Assembly: GCA_965279195.1 (NCBI GenBank)
Contig: CBDIHP010000042.1
Location: forward strand, 172,317-236,316
Origin: Isosphaeraceae bacterium
Lineage (GTDB): Bacteria; Planctomycetota; Planctomycetia; Isosphaerales; Isosphaeraceae
Reading direction: 5' to 3'
Length of the DNA stretch: 64,000 nucleotides
The notes beneath the pieces are model-generated. The model did no database searches. It was not told the origin of the DNA and saw only the letters and a program-made list of their open reading frames with translations. The translations under genes and the position numbers were made by a program. Numbering within the stretch: position 1 is the stretch's first letter; each line of letters begins with the position of its first letter. Positions 8,209 through 16,738 of the stretch are shown here, piece by piece.

Positions 8209-11200
8209 TCAGCCGTTGCTGGTCTTCTTGGCCGAATTCTGGCTCGCCAGCGACTTCAGGGAGTCCACGATGGACTGCGCGGTGTTGCCGTCGCCGGTCG
8301 TCGTCGTGCTCGCCGTGGTCGTGGTCGTCGGCGTGGTGGTCGTCGGGGTGACGATCACCGGGGTGGTCTTCTTGGCGACCGTGGTCTTCTTCGCGGTCTT
8401 CGTCGCCTTGACCGGGGCGCTGAAGAGCGAGTAGACCGGGCCGTTGGTCGTGTTGGGCTGGAGGCCCTTGTTCACGCCGAAGGAGGCCGGCGTCCGCTTG
8501 GCGTAACCCTGGACCTTGCTCTTCGGCACGAACATGTAGGTCGGCTTCAGATACTTGAGGTCGTTGAAGTTACGCTTGGTGTCGGGTGCCAGGAGGTACC
8601 CGTTCGCGCTGGCCCGCTGGCGGTCGACCACGACGTACTGGTCGGGTTGCGGGAGCAGCTTGGTGGAGAGCATCTTCAGGGAGTCGATCGAGACCGCCCC
8701 GTTGAGGTCGCCGTCGGCCGCGTAGTCGAAGTAGTTGAACCGGCGCTGGAGGGCGTCGGGCTGCTCGGGCGTGTCGCCGGTCAGGCCGGTCGAGGTGAAC
8801 CCGTTCTGGTCGTTGGTCGCCGCCCGGGCGGTGCCGCCCAGGAGCCTCGCCATCGCACCGTCCTCGGGCAGGCCGAGGCGGGCCGAGTCGTCCACGAAGG
8901 TCTGGATCTCCTGCGCGGTGATCAGGCCGTTGTGGTTCGTGTCGATGATGTCGAAGGCGTTGTGGGCGAACAGGTACTGCAGGGCGACGGTGCCCTCGAT
9001 CGACGCGACGGCGTTGCCGACGTCGACCCGGGCGTAGCTGCGGAACTGGGTGCTGTCCCCCTTGAGCCGGAACGGCCCGGACTGGCTCTGGCCGTCGTTG
9101 ACGTCGGTCGCGGCGACCGCGGTGTACGCCAGGATCCCGTTGATGCCGTCCGGGGTGTTGTACGGCGTCAGGTTGGCGAAGGCGTTGGTGCCGAAGTTCA
9201 GCGTCTTGACGCCGACCGGCTGGGTCAGGTACGCGTCGGCCGTGCTCGCCGTGGTCAGCTGGTTGGTCCAGTATTGCAGGGCGGACGACACGACGGCGTA
9301 GGAGCCGGTGACGATGCCGGCCGAGAGCGAGGTACCGCCCGCGGTGTAGGTCATCGTGAGGCTGGCGTCGCCGACGAATCGGCGTCGGAAGGTCGGCACG
9401 TCGAGGGCCGGGGCCGCGAAGTCGGTCGTGACCGAGCGGTTGGCCGCGCCCAGGACGCGGTCGCTGTAGAAGACGCCGGCCCCGGTGTTGGCGCTCGCAC
9501 CGCCGTTATTGCCGTTGCCACCGCCGTTGCCGCCGCCGGTGGTGGTCCCGCCGCCTTCGGCCGCCGTGAGGGTGCCGAGGGAGTTGGGCTGGACCGAGGC
9601 GTTGGTGGTGCCGGTGTTGCCCGTGGTCGTGGTGGTGCCGCCCGGCGAGCTGGTGCCGCCGAAGACGAGGACCGGGCCCTGGACCCGCGGGATGAGCGTG
9701 TTCGCCGGGTCGGTCGGGATCGAATCCGGCTGCCCGAGGTACGGGAACGGATAGACGCCGGTGACCGAGATCACCTCGTTGAGGATCGCCGGCAGCGACA
9801 TGCCGTTGACGTCGCCGACGTTGGCGCTCTGGTTGCTGTTGGTGAAGCCGGTGTTGCTCGTCCCGGTGCCACCGCCGTTGCCGCCGTTGCCGCCGTTGCC
9901 GCCGCCGCCGGTGTTGAGCGGGGCGCCGAACTGGCCGGCCGCGGCGATCGGGGCGATGCCCAGGTCGCGGAACTTCTTGAACTGGTTCTTGAAGGCGATC
10001 ACGATCTGCGGGTAGCGGCGGAACGCGGTCCCTTCGGAGTCGAAGGTCTCGCTGGTGCCGAACCCGATCGTGGCGGCGATGACGCGGTCGGTCTGGCCCG
10101 GGCGGACCGGGTCGGCGACATACGGATGCGCGGCGGTGTAGGCGAAGCCGTTGTAGACGGCGTTGGTGCTGGTCAGGGTGTTGGTGACGATCGTCGTCGT
10201 GCCGCCGCCGTTCCCGTTCCCGCCGCCGCCGCCGGTCGTGCCGCCAGTGTTGCCCGCGTTGAACGGGTTGAAGGCCGAGACCGGATTCAGGGTGGCCTGC
10301 GGGACGAACTGCGAGACGACGCCGGCGACCAGCGTGCCGTGGCCATCGGCCGTGGTCGGGATCGACGCGCCGCCGGTGGTGCCGTTGTTGCCGTTGTTGC
10401 CGTTGCCGGTCGCGGCCGTGGTGGCGAGGCCGGCGGCGTAGTCGTCGTTGCCTGTGCCGTTGGTCAGGACGTTCTTGCCCGGCGCCACGCGGCCGCGGAA
10501 GCCGGGGGACGTGGCGTCCACGCCGGTGTCGAGGATCGTGACGGCGCTGTTCTGGCCCTCATACGGGACGCCGAGGGTCCGCAGGTCGTTGAGGCCGACG
10601 AGCGAGCCGCTGGTCGAGCCGGCGAGGCTGGCCTGCGTCTTGAACTGCCAGATGCCGTCGTTGTCGGCGGCGTACAGGGTCGTGCCGTCGGCCGAGAAGG
10701 TGATGCTCAGGCTCGACGACGTGAACGAGCTCGAGTCGAACGCGTTCGAGGTGTTGAATCCGGTCGCGAACGGGGTCACGACGCCGGTCGGGCTGATCCG
10801 GACGATACGCCCGCCGAGCGACCCGCTCGAGGCCGAGATGATCTGGTTGCCGGCCGAGTCGAGGGTCGCGCCCGCACCGCCGGGGCCCTGGACCGGGATG
10901 ACCGTCACCTGACCGGTGGTGGTGCCCGGGGTCGGGACGGTGGTCGCCAGGCCGCTCGCCAGGTCGCTCACGAACAGGCTGCCGACATACTGCACCGCAC
11001 CATACGTGAAGTTGGTGGTGGTGCCGGTGGTGCCGGTGGTCGTCGTGCTGGCCGAGGTCACGACCACGCCGTTCGAGAAGTAGCCGTACTTGTCGAACGC
11101 GGTGTCCTGGAAGCGGCGCAGGTTGGTGTCGGCGACCGTGAAGCCATCGACGCTGCCGCCGGTCCCGAGCGTGAAACCCGTCGGCTGGGTGCCGGTGCTG

Positions 11201-12297
11201 GCGACCGTCGAGGTGGTGCCGGTGCCGATCAGGAGGCCGCCGCCGAGGCCCTGGACCCCGGAGAACCCGGCCGTCTGCGGGAACGGGTTGCCGGAATCGG
11301 GCGGGAAGGCCGGGACGCCGAAGTCGGTGAAGGCCGAGTAGACCTGCGACACGTAGTCGGTGTTCGTGCTGGTCGAGGCCAGGCCGACCTGGGGTCCGAG
11401 CGTCAGCGCGGTGTTCTTGACGCCCGGGGGGAGCGTCGGCGTGCTGATGTTCTGGCCGGGCTTGTACTGGTTGGCGTCGAAGAACAGGGCGGCGAACTGG
11501 GTGTTCGACGTCGTGTTCTGGACGGTGCTCGAACCCGTGCCCGTGCCCGAGATCAGCCCGCGGAGGAACGACTGCTGCTCGGCCGGCGGCACGAGGATCG
11601 CCGACGGATTGATCGAAAGCCGGGTCCCCTTCAGGCTGCTGTCGCTGTAGGTGACGAACGCCCCCAGGAAGGAGCCGTCGGGGCCGATCCGGTAGATCGC
11701 GTTCTTGGTCGGGTCGGTCGAGTCGACCGTCGAGACGAACATCGACGACCGGCCGTCGAAGTAACCTTCGGGGTCGAACGTGACGTCATACCAGTTCACG
11801 AGCCCCGTGCCGGTGCCGGCCGAGTTGGCGGCGCTGGTGGCGCTGGGGTTCAGCTGGGGGATGACGGTGTTGAGGTCGAAGAACACTGACGCCTTGCCGG
11901 TGGCCGGGTCCACGCGGTAGATCACGCCGGGGCGGTTGATGGCCCCGGTGTTGGAGCCCGCACCGCGCGAGACGGCGTAGATGCCCTTGCCGAAGTCGCC
12001 GCCGGGGCCGGCCTCGATCCGGACGATGTCGCCGCCGAACTGGTTGATCGGCGTGAGCTGAGACACCGAGGTGAACGGGGCGGCCGACGCGAACGTCGAG
12101 GTCCCCGTCGTCTGCGTCGTGATGGTGACGTTGCCCACGGAGGGCGTCCCCGCGTTCGCCGTGAATGTGGCGGACGTCGGGAAGGTCGCCAGGACCGGGG
12201 TCAGCACCTCACGGATTTCCAGGTGCTGGACTTCCAGCCGGACTTCGCGCTTCTGCCGCGAGGGGCCTCGCGCCTTGGGTCGGGATGGGTGAGACAT
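8209..12297 (-). CDS. Subtilisin-like serine peptidase (S8 family), 1362 aa. It has long Gly/Thr/Asn-rich low-complexity inserts, C-terminal dockerin/EF-hand-like Ca-binding repeats and a Lys/Thr-rich tail.
   Basis: Catalytic triad motifs: ILDTGVD (Asp), HGTLVAGVVS (His), GGTSLSAGIVTG (Ser). Dockerin-like repeats: DTNHNGLITAQEIQTFVDD and DYAADGDLNGAVSIDSLKML. C-terminal tail: KTAKKTTVAKKTTPVIVTPTTTTPTTTTTASTTTTG. Confidence 0.8.
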   Translation of the reverse strand: MSHPSRPKARGPSRQKREVRLEVQHLEIREVLTPVLATFPTSATFTANAGTPSVGNVTITTQTTGTSTFASAAPFTSVSQLTPINQFGGDIVRIEAGPGGDFGKGIYAVSRGAGSNTGAINRPGVIYRVDPATGKASVFFDLNTVIPQLNPSATSAANSAGTGTGLVNWYDVTFDPEGYFDGRSSMFVSTVDSTDPTKNAIYRIGPDGSFLGAFVTYSDSSLKGTRLSINPSAILVPPAEQQSFLRGLISGTGTGSSTVQNTTSNTQFAALFFDANQYKPGQNISTPTLPPGVKNTALTLGPQVGLASTSTNTDYVSQVYSAFTDFGVPAFPPDSGNPFPQTAGFSGVQGLGGGLLIGTGTTSTVASTGTQPTGFTLGTGGSVDGFTVADTNLRRFQDTAFDKYGYFSNGVVVTSASTTTTGTTGTTTNFTYGAVQYVGSLFVSDLASGLATTVPTPGTTTGQVTVIPVQGPGGAGATLDSAGNQIISASSGSLGGRIVRISPTGVVTPFATGFNTSNAFDSSSFTSSSLSITFSADGTTLYAADNDGIWQFKTQASLAGSTSGSLVGLNDLRTLGVPYEGQNSAVTILDTGVDATSPGFRGRVAPGKNVLTNGTGNDDYAAGLATTAATGNGNNGNNGTTGGASIPTTADGHGTLVAGVVSQFVPQATLNPVSAFNPFNAGNTGGTTGGGGGNGNGGGTTTIVTNTLTSTNAVYNGFAYTAAHPYVADPVRPGQTDRVIAATIGFGTSETFDSEGTAFRRYPQIVIAFKNQFKKFRDLGIAPIAAAGQFGAPLNTGGGGNGGNGGNGGGTGTSNTGFTNSNQSANVGDVNGMSLPAILNEVISVTGVYPFPYLGQPDSIPTDPANTLIPRVQGPVLVFGGTSSPGGTTTTTGNTGTTNASVQPNSLGTLTAAEGGGTTTGGGNGGGNGNNGGASANTGAGVFYSDRVLGAANRSVTTDFAAPALDVPTFRRRFVGDASLTMTYTAGGTSLSAGIVTGSYAVVSSALQYWTNQLTTASTADAYLTQPVGVKTLNFGTNAFANLTPYNTPDGINGILAYTAVAATDVNDGQSQSGPFRLKGDSTQFRSYARVDVGNAVASIEGTVALQYLFAHNAFDIIDTNHNGLITAQEIQTFVDDSARLGLPEDGAMARLLGGTARAATNDQNGFTSTGLTGDTPEQPDALQRRFNYFDYAADGDLNGAVSIDSLKMLSTKLLPQPDQYVVVDRQRASANGYLLAPDTKRNFNDLKYLKPTYMFVPKSKVQGYAKRTPASFGVNKGLQPNTTNGPVYSLFSAPVKATKTAKKTTVAKKTTPVIVTPTTTTPTTTTTASTTTTGDGNTAQSIVDSLKSLASQNSAKKTSNG

Positions 12298-12707
12298 TCC
12301 ATTCTCTCCTTAGCCTGAACTCGTCCGTCCTGAACCGAGGCCGAGGTGCGTGCCCGGCATACCCAGGTATCGGCGCGACCGGCGCTCGCATATGAGTCGA
12401 ACCGTGTTCCAACCCGCACGACCGCTACCGATCGCACGACGCGGGAACCATCTCTTCTGGTTTCATCGGCACAATTGGCACGGAAAGATGATCGAAAGGT
12501 ACGGAAAGTGTGGTCGTGCGGGAGGGATGCATCTTGACGAAGGCAACGGGGCTGCCGATTCGTCCCCGCCCGCCCGAGCGGAATCCCTGCAGGGACACGA
12601 CTTGCGGAACCCCTGCGCCGCCGTCAAACTAGGGAACCATGCCCCGGCGCCCGTGACCGCCGGCCGCCCCAGTCCACAACGACGACGCCAACCGCAGGCT
12701 GAACACG

Positions 12708-12986
12708 ATGGAAATCCCTCAGATCCGCCCGGGCCTGGTCAAGGACGTCCCCTCCACCCGCCGCGTCGTCGCCTTCTTCTATAACTCCGCGCAGGGCAAC
12801 GCGATGATCCAGCTCCTCACCGCGCTGGGCGTGCCCAACAACGAACTCGGCGTCACCCCGCCCGAGCGGATCGAGGGCGGACAGGGCATGATCCTCTCGA
12901 TCCCCTGCCCGACCGACTCCCTGGTCGCCCAGGTCGAGAAGCTCTGCCGCGCCCAGGGCGCGGAAGTCCATCGCCAGAAGGCCTGA
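12708..12986 (+). CDS. Small hypothetical protein (92 aa).
   Basis: ORF with genome-typical GC3-rich codon usage: MEIPQIRPGLVKDVPSTRRVVAFFYNSAQGNAMIQLLTALGVPNNELGVTPPERIEGGQGMILSIPCPTDSLVAQVEKLCRAQGAEVHRQKA. I recognise no family. Confidence 0.45.
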   Translation: MEIPQIRPGLVKDVPSTRRVVAFFYNSAQGNAMIQLLTALGVPNNELGVTPPERIEGGQGMILSIPCPTDSLVAQVEKLCRAQGAEVHRQKA

Positions 12987-13125
12987 GCCCCGCCGACCGA
13001 CTGGGCCCTGGCCCCGCCGACGCCTGCCCGATACGATTCAACCCTTGTTGAACCGCCGGGCGTCGCGCGATCTCGCCGCCGCCCGACTCGCCGGATCCGG
13101 ACCCCAATCGCCTGGGAAATCGCCG

Positions 13126-13977
13126 ATGCCCACCCGCCGCTCGTTCTGGAAGATCGCCGCGTTGCCGGTCGCAACCCTCGCCATCGTCGCCGGCTCGGCC
13201 GTCTTCGCCGCCGACGACGAGGGGATCCCGTCCTGGGCGAAGGACATCCCCAGGTTCAAGTCCGGCGAGCCCATCCTCGAGTTCAACGGCAAGGACCTCA
13301 CCGGGTTCTACACCTACACCAAGACGAACAAGTACGCCGACCCCCAGAAGGTCTTCACCGTCCAGGACGGCATGATCCGGATCTCCGGCCAGGACTGGGG
13401 GGCGGTCACCACCTGCGGCAATTATTCCAACTACCACCTCGTCACCGAGTGGAAGTGGGGCGAGAAGACCTGGGCCCCCCGGGCCAAGGCCACCCGCGAC
13501 TCCGGAATCCTGCTGCACTGCGTCGGGCCCGACGGGGCGGCCGGCGGCCAGTGGATGCAGTCGCAGGAGTGCCAGATCATCGAAGGCGGCTGCGGCGACC
13601 TGCTCATGGTCGGCAGCACCCCCACCCGCAAGTCGGTCCTGACCTGCGAGACCCGAATCGGGCCCGACAAGCAGTTCTACTTCGAGAAGGGCGGCACGCC
13701 CGTCACCCGCGACGGCGGTCGTTTCAACTGGTGGGGCCGCGATTACACCTGGAAGGACACCATCGGGTTCCGCGGCAAGCGCGACGTCGAGAAGCCTCTC
13801 GGCGAGTGGAACCGGATGGAGGTGATCTGCGACGGCGACACCATCATCAACATCGTGAACGGCTACGTCGTGAACATCGGTACCAAATCCAGCCTGACCG
13901 AGGGTAAGATCCAGTTCCAGTCGGAGGGCGCGGAGATCTTCGTCCGAAAGTTCGAGGTCCGCCCGCTGGTCAAATAA
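13126..13977 (+). CDS. DUF1080 (3-keto-disaccharide hydrolase-like, concanavalin-type) domain protein, secreted.
   Basis: The internal ATG at 13126 yields the signal peptide MPTRRSFWKIAALPVATLAIVAGSAVFAADDE. The C-terminal motif GKIQFQSEGAEIFVRKFEVRPL matches the DUF1080 ending pattern (G.I.LQ...V.FRNI.I..L), and ILEFNGKDLTGFY matches its N-terminal pattern. Confidence 0.65.
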   Translation: MPTRRSFWKIAALPVATLAIVAGSAVFAADDEGIPSWAKDIPRFKSGEPILEFNGKDLTGFYTYTKTNKYADPQKVFTVQDGMIRISGQDWGAVTTCGNYSNYHLVTEWKWGEKTWAPRAKATRDSGILLHCVGPDGAAGGQWMQSQECQIIEGGCGDLLMVGSTPTRKSVLTCETRIGPDKQFYFEKGGTPVTRDGGRFNWWGRDYTWKDTIGFRGKRDVEKPLGEWNRMEVICDGDTIINIVNGYVVNIGTKSSLTEGKIQFQSEGAEIFVRKFEVRPLVK

Positions 13978-14100
13978 CCGCCGTCGCGGCGGGATTCCGG
14001 ATCCTCCGGGGGACACGGCTGTCCCCCGGGACGCCCTCCTCGTGTAGAATGGATGCGTCCTTGCATGCGTCCGATCCGCGACGGGGGAGCCGAACCGCCC

Positions 14101-15720
14101 ATGCGTCCGACCCTCTCCGGCCGTTTCCGGCGACTCGCCGGCCTGACGTTCCTTGTCCTCGCCTCCCTGGCGAGCCTCGCACCGCGAGCCGCCCTCGGCC
14201 AGGCGGATGCCGCGATCAGCCGGGGGCTTGGCTATCTGCGGTCCCAGGCCGGTTCGGCAGGCGCCGGCGAGTGTGCCCTGATCGTCCTGGCGATGGCCAA
14301 GGCCGAGGCCCCGCTCAATGATCCCGGCCTGGTGACGGCGCTCGACCGCCTCAAGAAGCGGTTCAACGGGACCGCCTACACGCCCGAGCGGGGCGGCGGG
14401 CCGGACATCTACGAGGCGTCGGTGACCATCATGGCGCTGGCGAACCTCGACCCGGATGGCAACAAGGGGTTCATCCAGGCCGCGGCCTCGCACATCGCCT
14501 CCAAGCAGAACGCCAACGGCTCGTGGGACTACGCCCACCGGTCGGCCGGCGACACCTCGATCTCCCAGTACGCCATCCTCGGGCTCTGGGAGGCCAGCAC
14601 CGCCGGGGTGAATGTCTCACCCTCGGTCTGGGACCGCGCGGCCGGGTGGTGCCTCAAGAACCAGGCGGCCGGCGGCAGCTGGGACTACCACCGCGACGAG
14701 GGCTCGCCCGAGACCCTCTCCATGACCGCCGCCGGCATCGGCACCGTCCTGATCTGCCAGCGCCAGCTCGCCGACTACAAGCGGGCCCTCGCCGCCGAGA
14801 ACCCCTACCTGATTCCGCTCAACACCGAGCGAGCCCGGACGCGCTACACGGCCGACACCCCGGCCACCCGCATGACCGAGTCCGCCCGCGCGGGGCTCAA
14901 CTGGATCGCACGCAACTTCAGCCTGACCAACATGCCGATCGTCGGCCAGACCCCCTTCTACTACCTCTATGGCGTCGAGCGCATCGGGGCCCTGGCCGAG
15001 AAGGATACGATGGGCAACGTCGACTGGTTCGACGTCGGCCGCCAGTTCATCCTCAGCAAGCAGAACGCCGACGGCTCGTGGAACTCCGAGCACGGCACGG
15101 TCCCCAACACCACCTGGGCGATCCTCTTCCTGACCAAGTCCACCGCCAAGACGGTCGAGAAGATCCGGATCCGACGCCTCGGCGCGGGCACGCTCGTCGG
15201 CGGCCGCGGGCTGCCGAAGGACCTTTCGAGCATCTCGGTCGCGGGGGGCCGGGTCGTGGCCAAGCCGATGGTCGGGGCGGTCGAGGGCATGCTCGCGGTG
15301 CTCGAAGACCCCCGGGCCGAGAACGCCGACTCCGCCCTCGCCGGCTTGATCTCCCGGTATCAGACCGAAGGGCCCAAGGCCCTGACCCCCTACAAGGACC
15401 GGTTCCGCAAGCTCCTGACCGACAGCGACCCCGGCGTCAGGCGCGTCGCGGCCTGGGCGATCGGGCGGATGGCCGAGCTCAGCATGGTCCCCGTCCTCCT
15501 CCCCGCCCTGCGCGACCCGGATGAGGGAGTGGTCAGGGAGGCCCAGGGGGGCCTAAAATTGTTGAGCCGGAAGATCGAAGGCTACGGGCCGCCGCCGAAT
15601 CCCACCGCCGAGCAGCGCGAGCAGGCTATCGCCCGCTGGTCGGCCTGGTACGAATCGGCCCGACCGATCGCCAACGACGCGAGGTCCGGCTCGCCCGACG
15701 TCCCCCGGAGGTCGCCATGA
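14101..15720 (+). CDS. Secreted prenyltransferase/squalene-oxidase-like repeat (alpha-alpha toroid) protein with C-terminal HEAT (PBS-lyase-type) repeats.
   Basis: Signal peptide: MRPTLSGRFRRLAGLTFLVLASLASLAPRAALG. Repeats with NGSWDY / GGSWDYH / DGSWNSEHG resemble the terpene-cyclase/prenyltransferase beta-subunit fold. C-terminal DPGVRRVAAWAIGRM...LRDPDEGVVREA is HEAT-like. Its stop overlaps the next start (ATGA at 15717-15720). Confidence 0.6.
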   Translation: MRPTLSGRFRRLAGLTFLVLASLASLAPRAALGQADAAISRGLGYLRSQAGSAGAGECALIVLAMAKAEAPLNDPGLVTALDRLKKRFNGTAYTPERGGGPDIYEASVTIMALANLDPDGNKGFIQAAASHIASKQNANGSWDYAHRSAGDTSISQYAILGLWEASTAGVNVSPSVWDRAAGWCLKNQAAGGSWDYHRDEGSPETLSMTAAGIGTVLICQRQLADYKRALAAENPYLIPLNTERARTRYTADTPATRMTESARAGLNWIARNFSLTNMPIVGQTPFYYLYGVERIGALAEKDTMGNVDWFDVGRQFILSKQNADGSWNSEHGTVPNTTWAILFLTKSTAKTVEKIRIRRLGAGTLVGGRGLPKDLSSISVAGGRVVAKPMVGAVEGMLAVLEDPRAENADSALAGLISRYQTEGPKALTPYKDRFRKLLTDSDPGVRRVAAWAIGRMAELSMVPVLLPALRDPDEGVVREAQGGLKLLSRKIEGYGPPPNPTAEQREQAIARWSAWYESARPIANDARSGSPDVPRRSP

Positions 15721-16694
15721 CGGTCGCCCGCCGAGCCCAGGAACCCAGCCCGCCCCAGCCGGCGAGCCAGCCCGAGCCGCCGCCCCCCGCCCCGCGCGTC
15801 CGAGGCGAGTCGCGTCACGACCGCGTCACGTCCATGCTCATGTCCGTGATCGTGGGCGCGATGATCGTCTTCGGCTGGCTGACCATCATCGCCGCGACGA
15901 CCTCGGCCTACGCCAAGAAGGTCACCGCGCCCATCGAGGTGATCGAGGTCGAAGGGGGCGGCGGCGGCAGCCCCGACGGCACCGTCGGCGGGATCGAGAC
16001 GGTCGACGTCGCCGGCGCGGCGGCCACCGACCAGAACCGGGCCTCGAACAACACCGAGGAGGCCGGCGACTTCGAGGAGCCCTCCGTGGAGGCCTCGCCC
16101 GCCGCCATGCTCGACAGCGTGGCCGAGGCCGGCCAGGGGCTCGCGGAGGTCGACATCGGCTCGGTCATGCCCACCGGCGGGAAGATCGCCACCGGACGCC
16201 GACAGTCGAAGATCGGCAACGGCCAGGCCGGGTTCGGCTACGGGCCCGGCGACGGCGGCGTCCGGCGGGAAGACCGCTGGAGCATCGTCTACAAGGAAGG
16301 CCAGACCGCCGACGAGTACGCCCGGCAGCTGGACGCCCTCGGCGTGGAACTCGCCATCGTCTCCGGCAACCAGCTCATCTACCTCTCGAACTTCTCCAAC
16401 AGCACCCCGACCCGACGCGTCGGCACGGGCGCCGAGGACAAGCGGCTCTACTTCGTCTGGCGCGGCCAGGGCCGCAAGGCGTCCGACATCACCCTGATCC
16501 AGAAGGCCGGCCTGGAGGTCGGCGAGGGGGTGATCTTCCAGTTCTATCCCCCCGCCGTGGAGCAGGTGCTCTCGCAGCTCGAAGTCCGCTACAAGGGCCG
16601 CCAGCCGGGCGAGATCCGCAACACCCGGTTCAGCGTCGTCCCGACCGGAAACGGCTACGGCTTCGAGGTCCTCTCGCAAGAGCCGCTCCGCTAG
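15717..16694 (+). CDS. Hypothetical membrane-anchored protein, translationally coupled to the upstream gene.
   Basis: A GGAGG RBS lies 6 nt upstream. There is a Pro-rich N-terminus, then one TM helix (MLMSVIVGAMIVFGWLTIIAATTSAYA), a Gly-rich linker and a conserved-looking C-terminal domain (WSIVYKEGQTADEYARQLDALGVELAIVSGNQLIYLSN...). Confidence 0.6.
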   Translation: MTVARRAQEPSPPQPASQPEPPPPAPRVRGESRHDRVTSMLMSVIVGAMIVFGWLTIIAATTSAYAKKVTAPIEVIEVEGGGGGSPDGTVGGIETVDVAGAAATDQNRASNNTEEAGDFEEPSVEASPAAMLDSVAEAGQGLAEVDIGSVMPTGGKIATGRRQSKIGNGQAGFGYGPGDGGVRREDRWSIVYKEGQTADEYARQLDALGVELAIVSGNQLIYLSNFSNSTPTRRVGTGAEDKRLYFVWRGQGRKASDITLIQKAGLEVGEGVIFQFYPPAVEQVLSQLEVRYKGRQPGEIRNTRFSVVPTGNGYGFEVLSQEPLR

Positions 16695-16738
16695 AAGGCA
16701 TCCGGTCCCACTCATCCCAGGCGAGGCACGTTGCCCTC

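Noticed and set aside
8209-12297. Possible CRISPR-like or tandem repeats suggested by recurring GGNGGN / ACCACC tracts.
   Set aside because: The repeats are irregular, lie within a continuous ORF with S8 catalytic motifs, and encode Gly/Thr/Asn low-complexity protein segments. There are no spacer-repeat periodicity and no cas genes.
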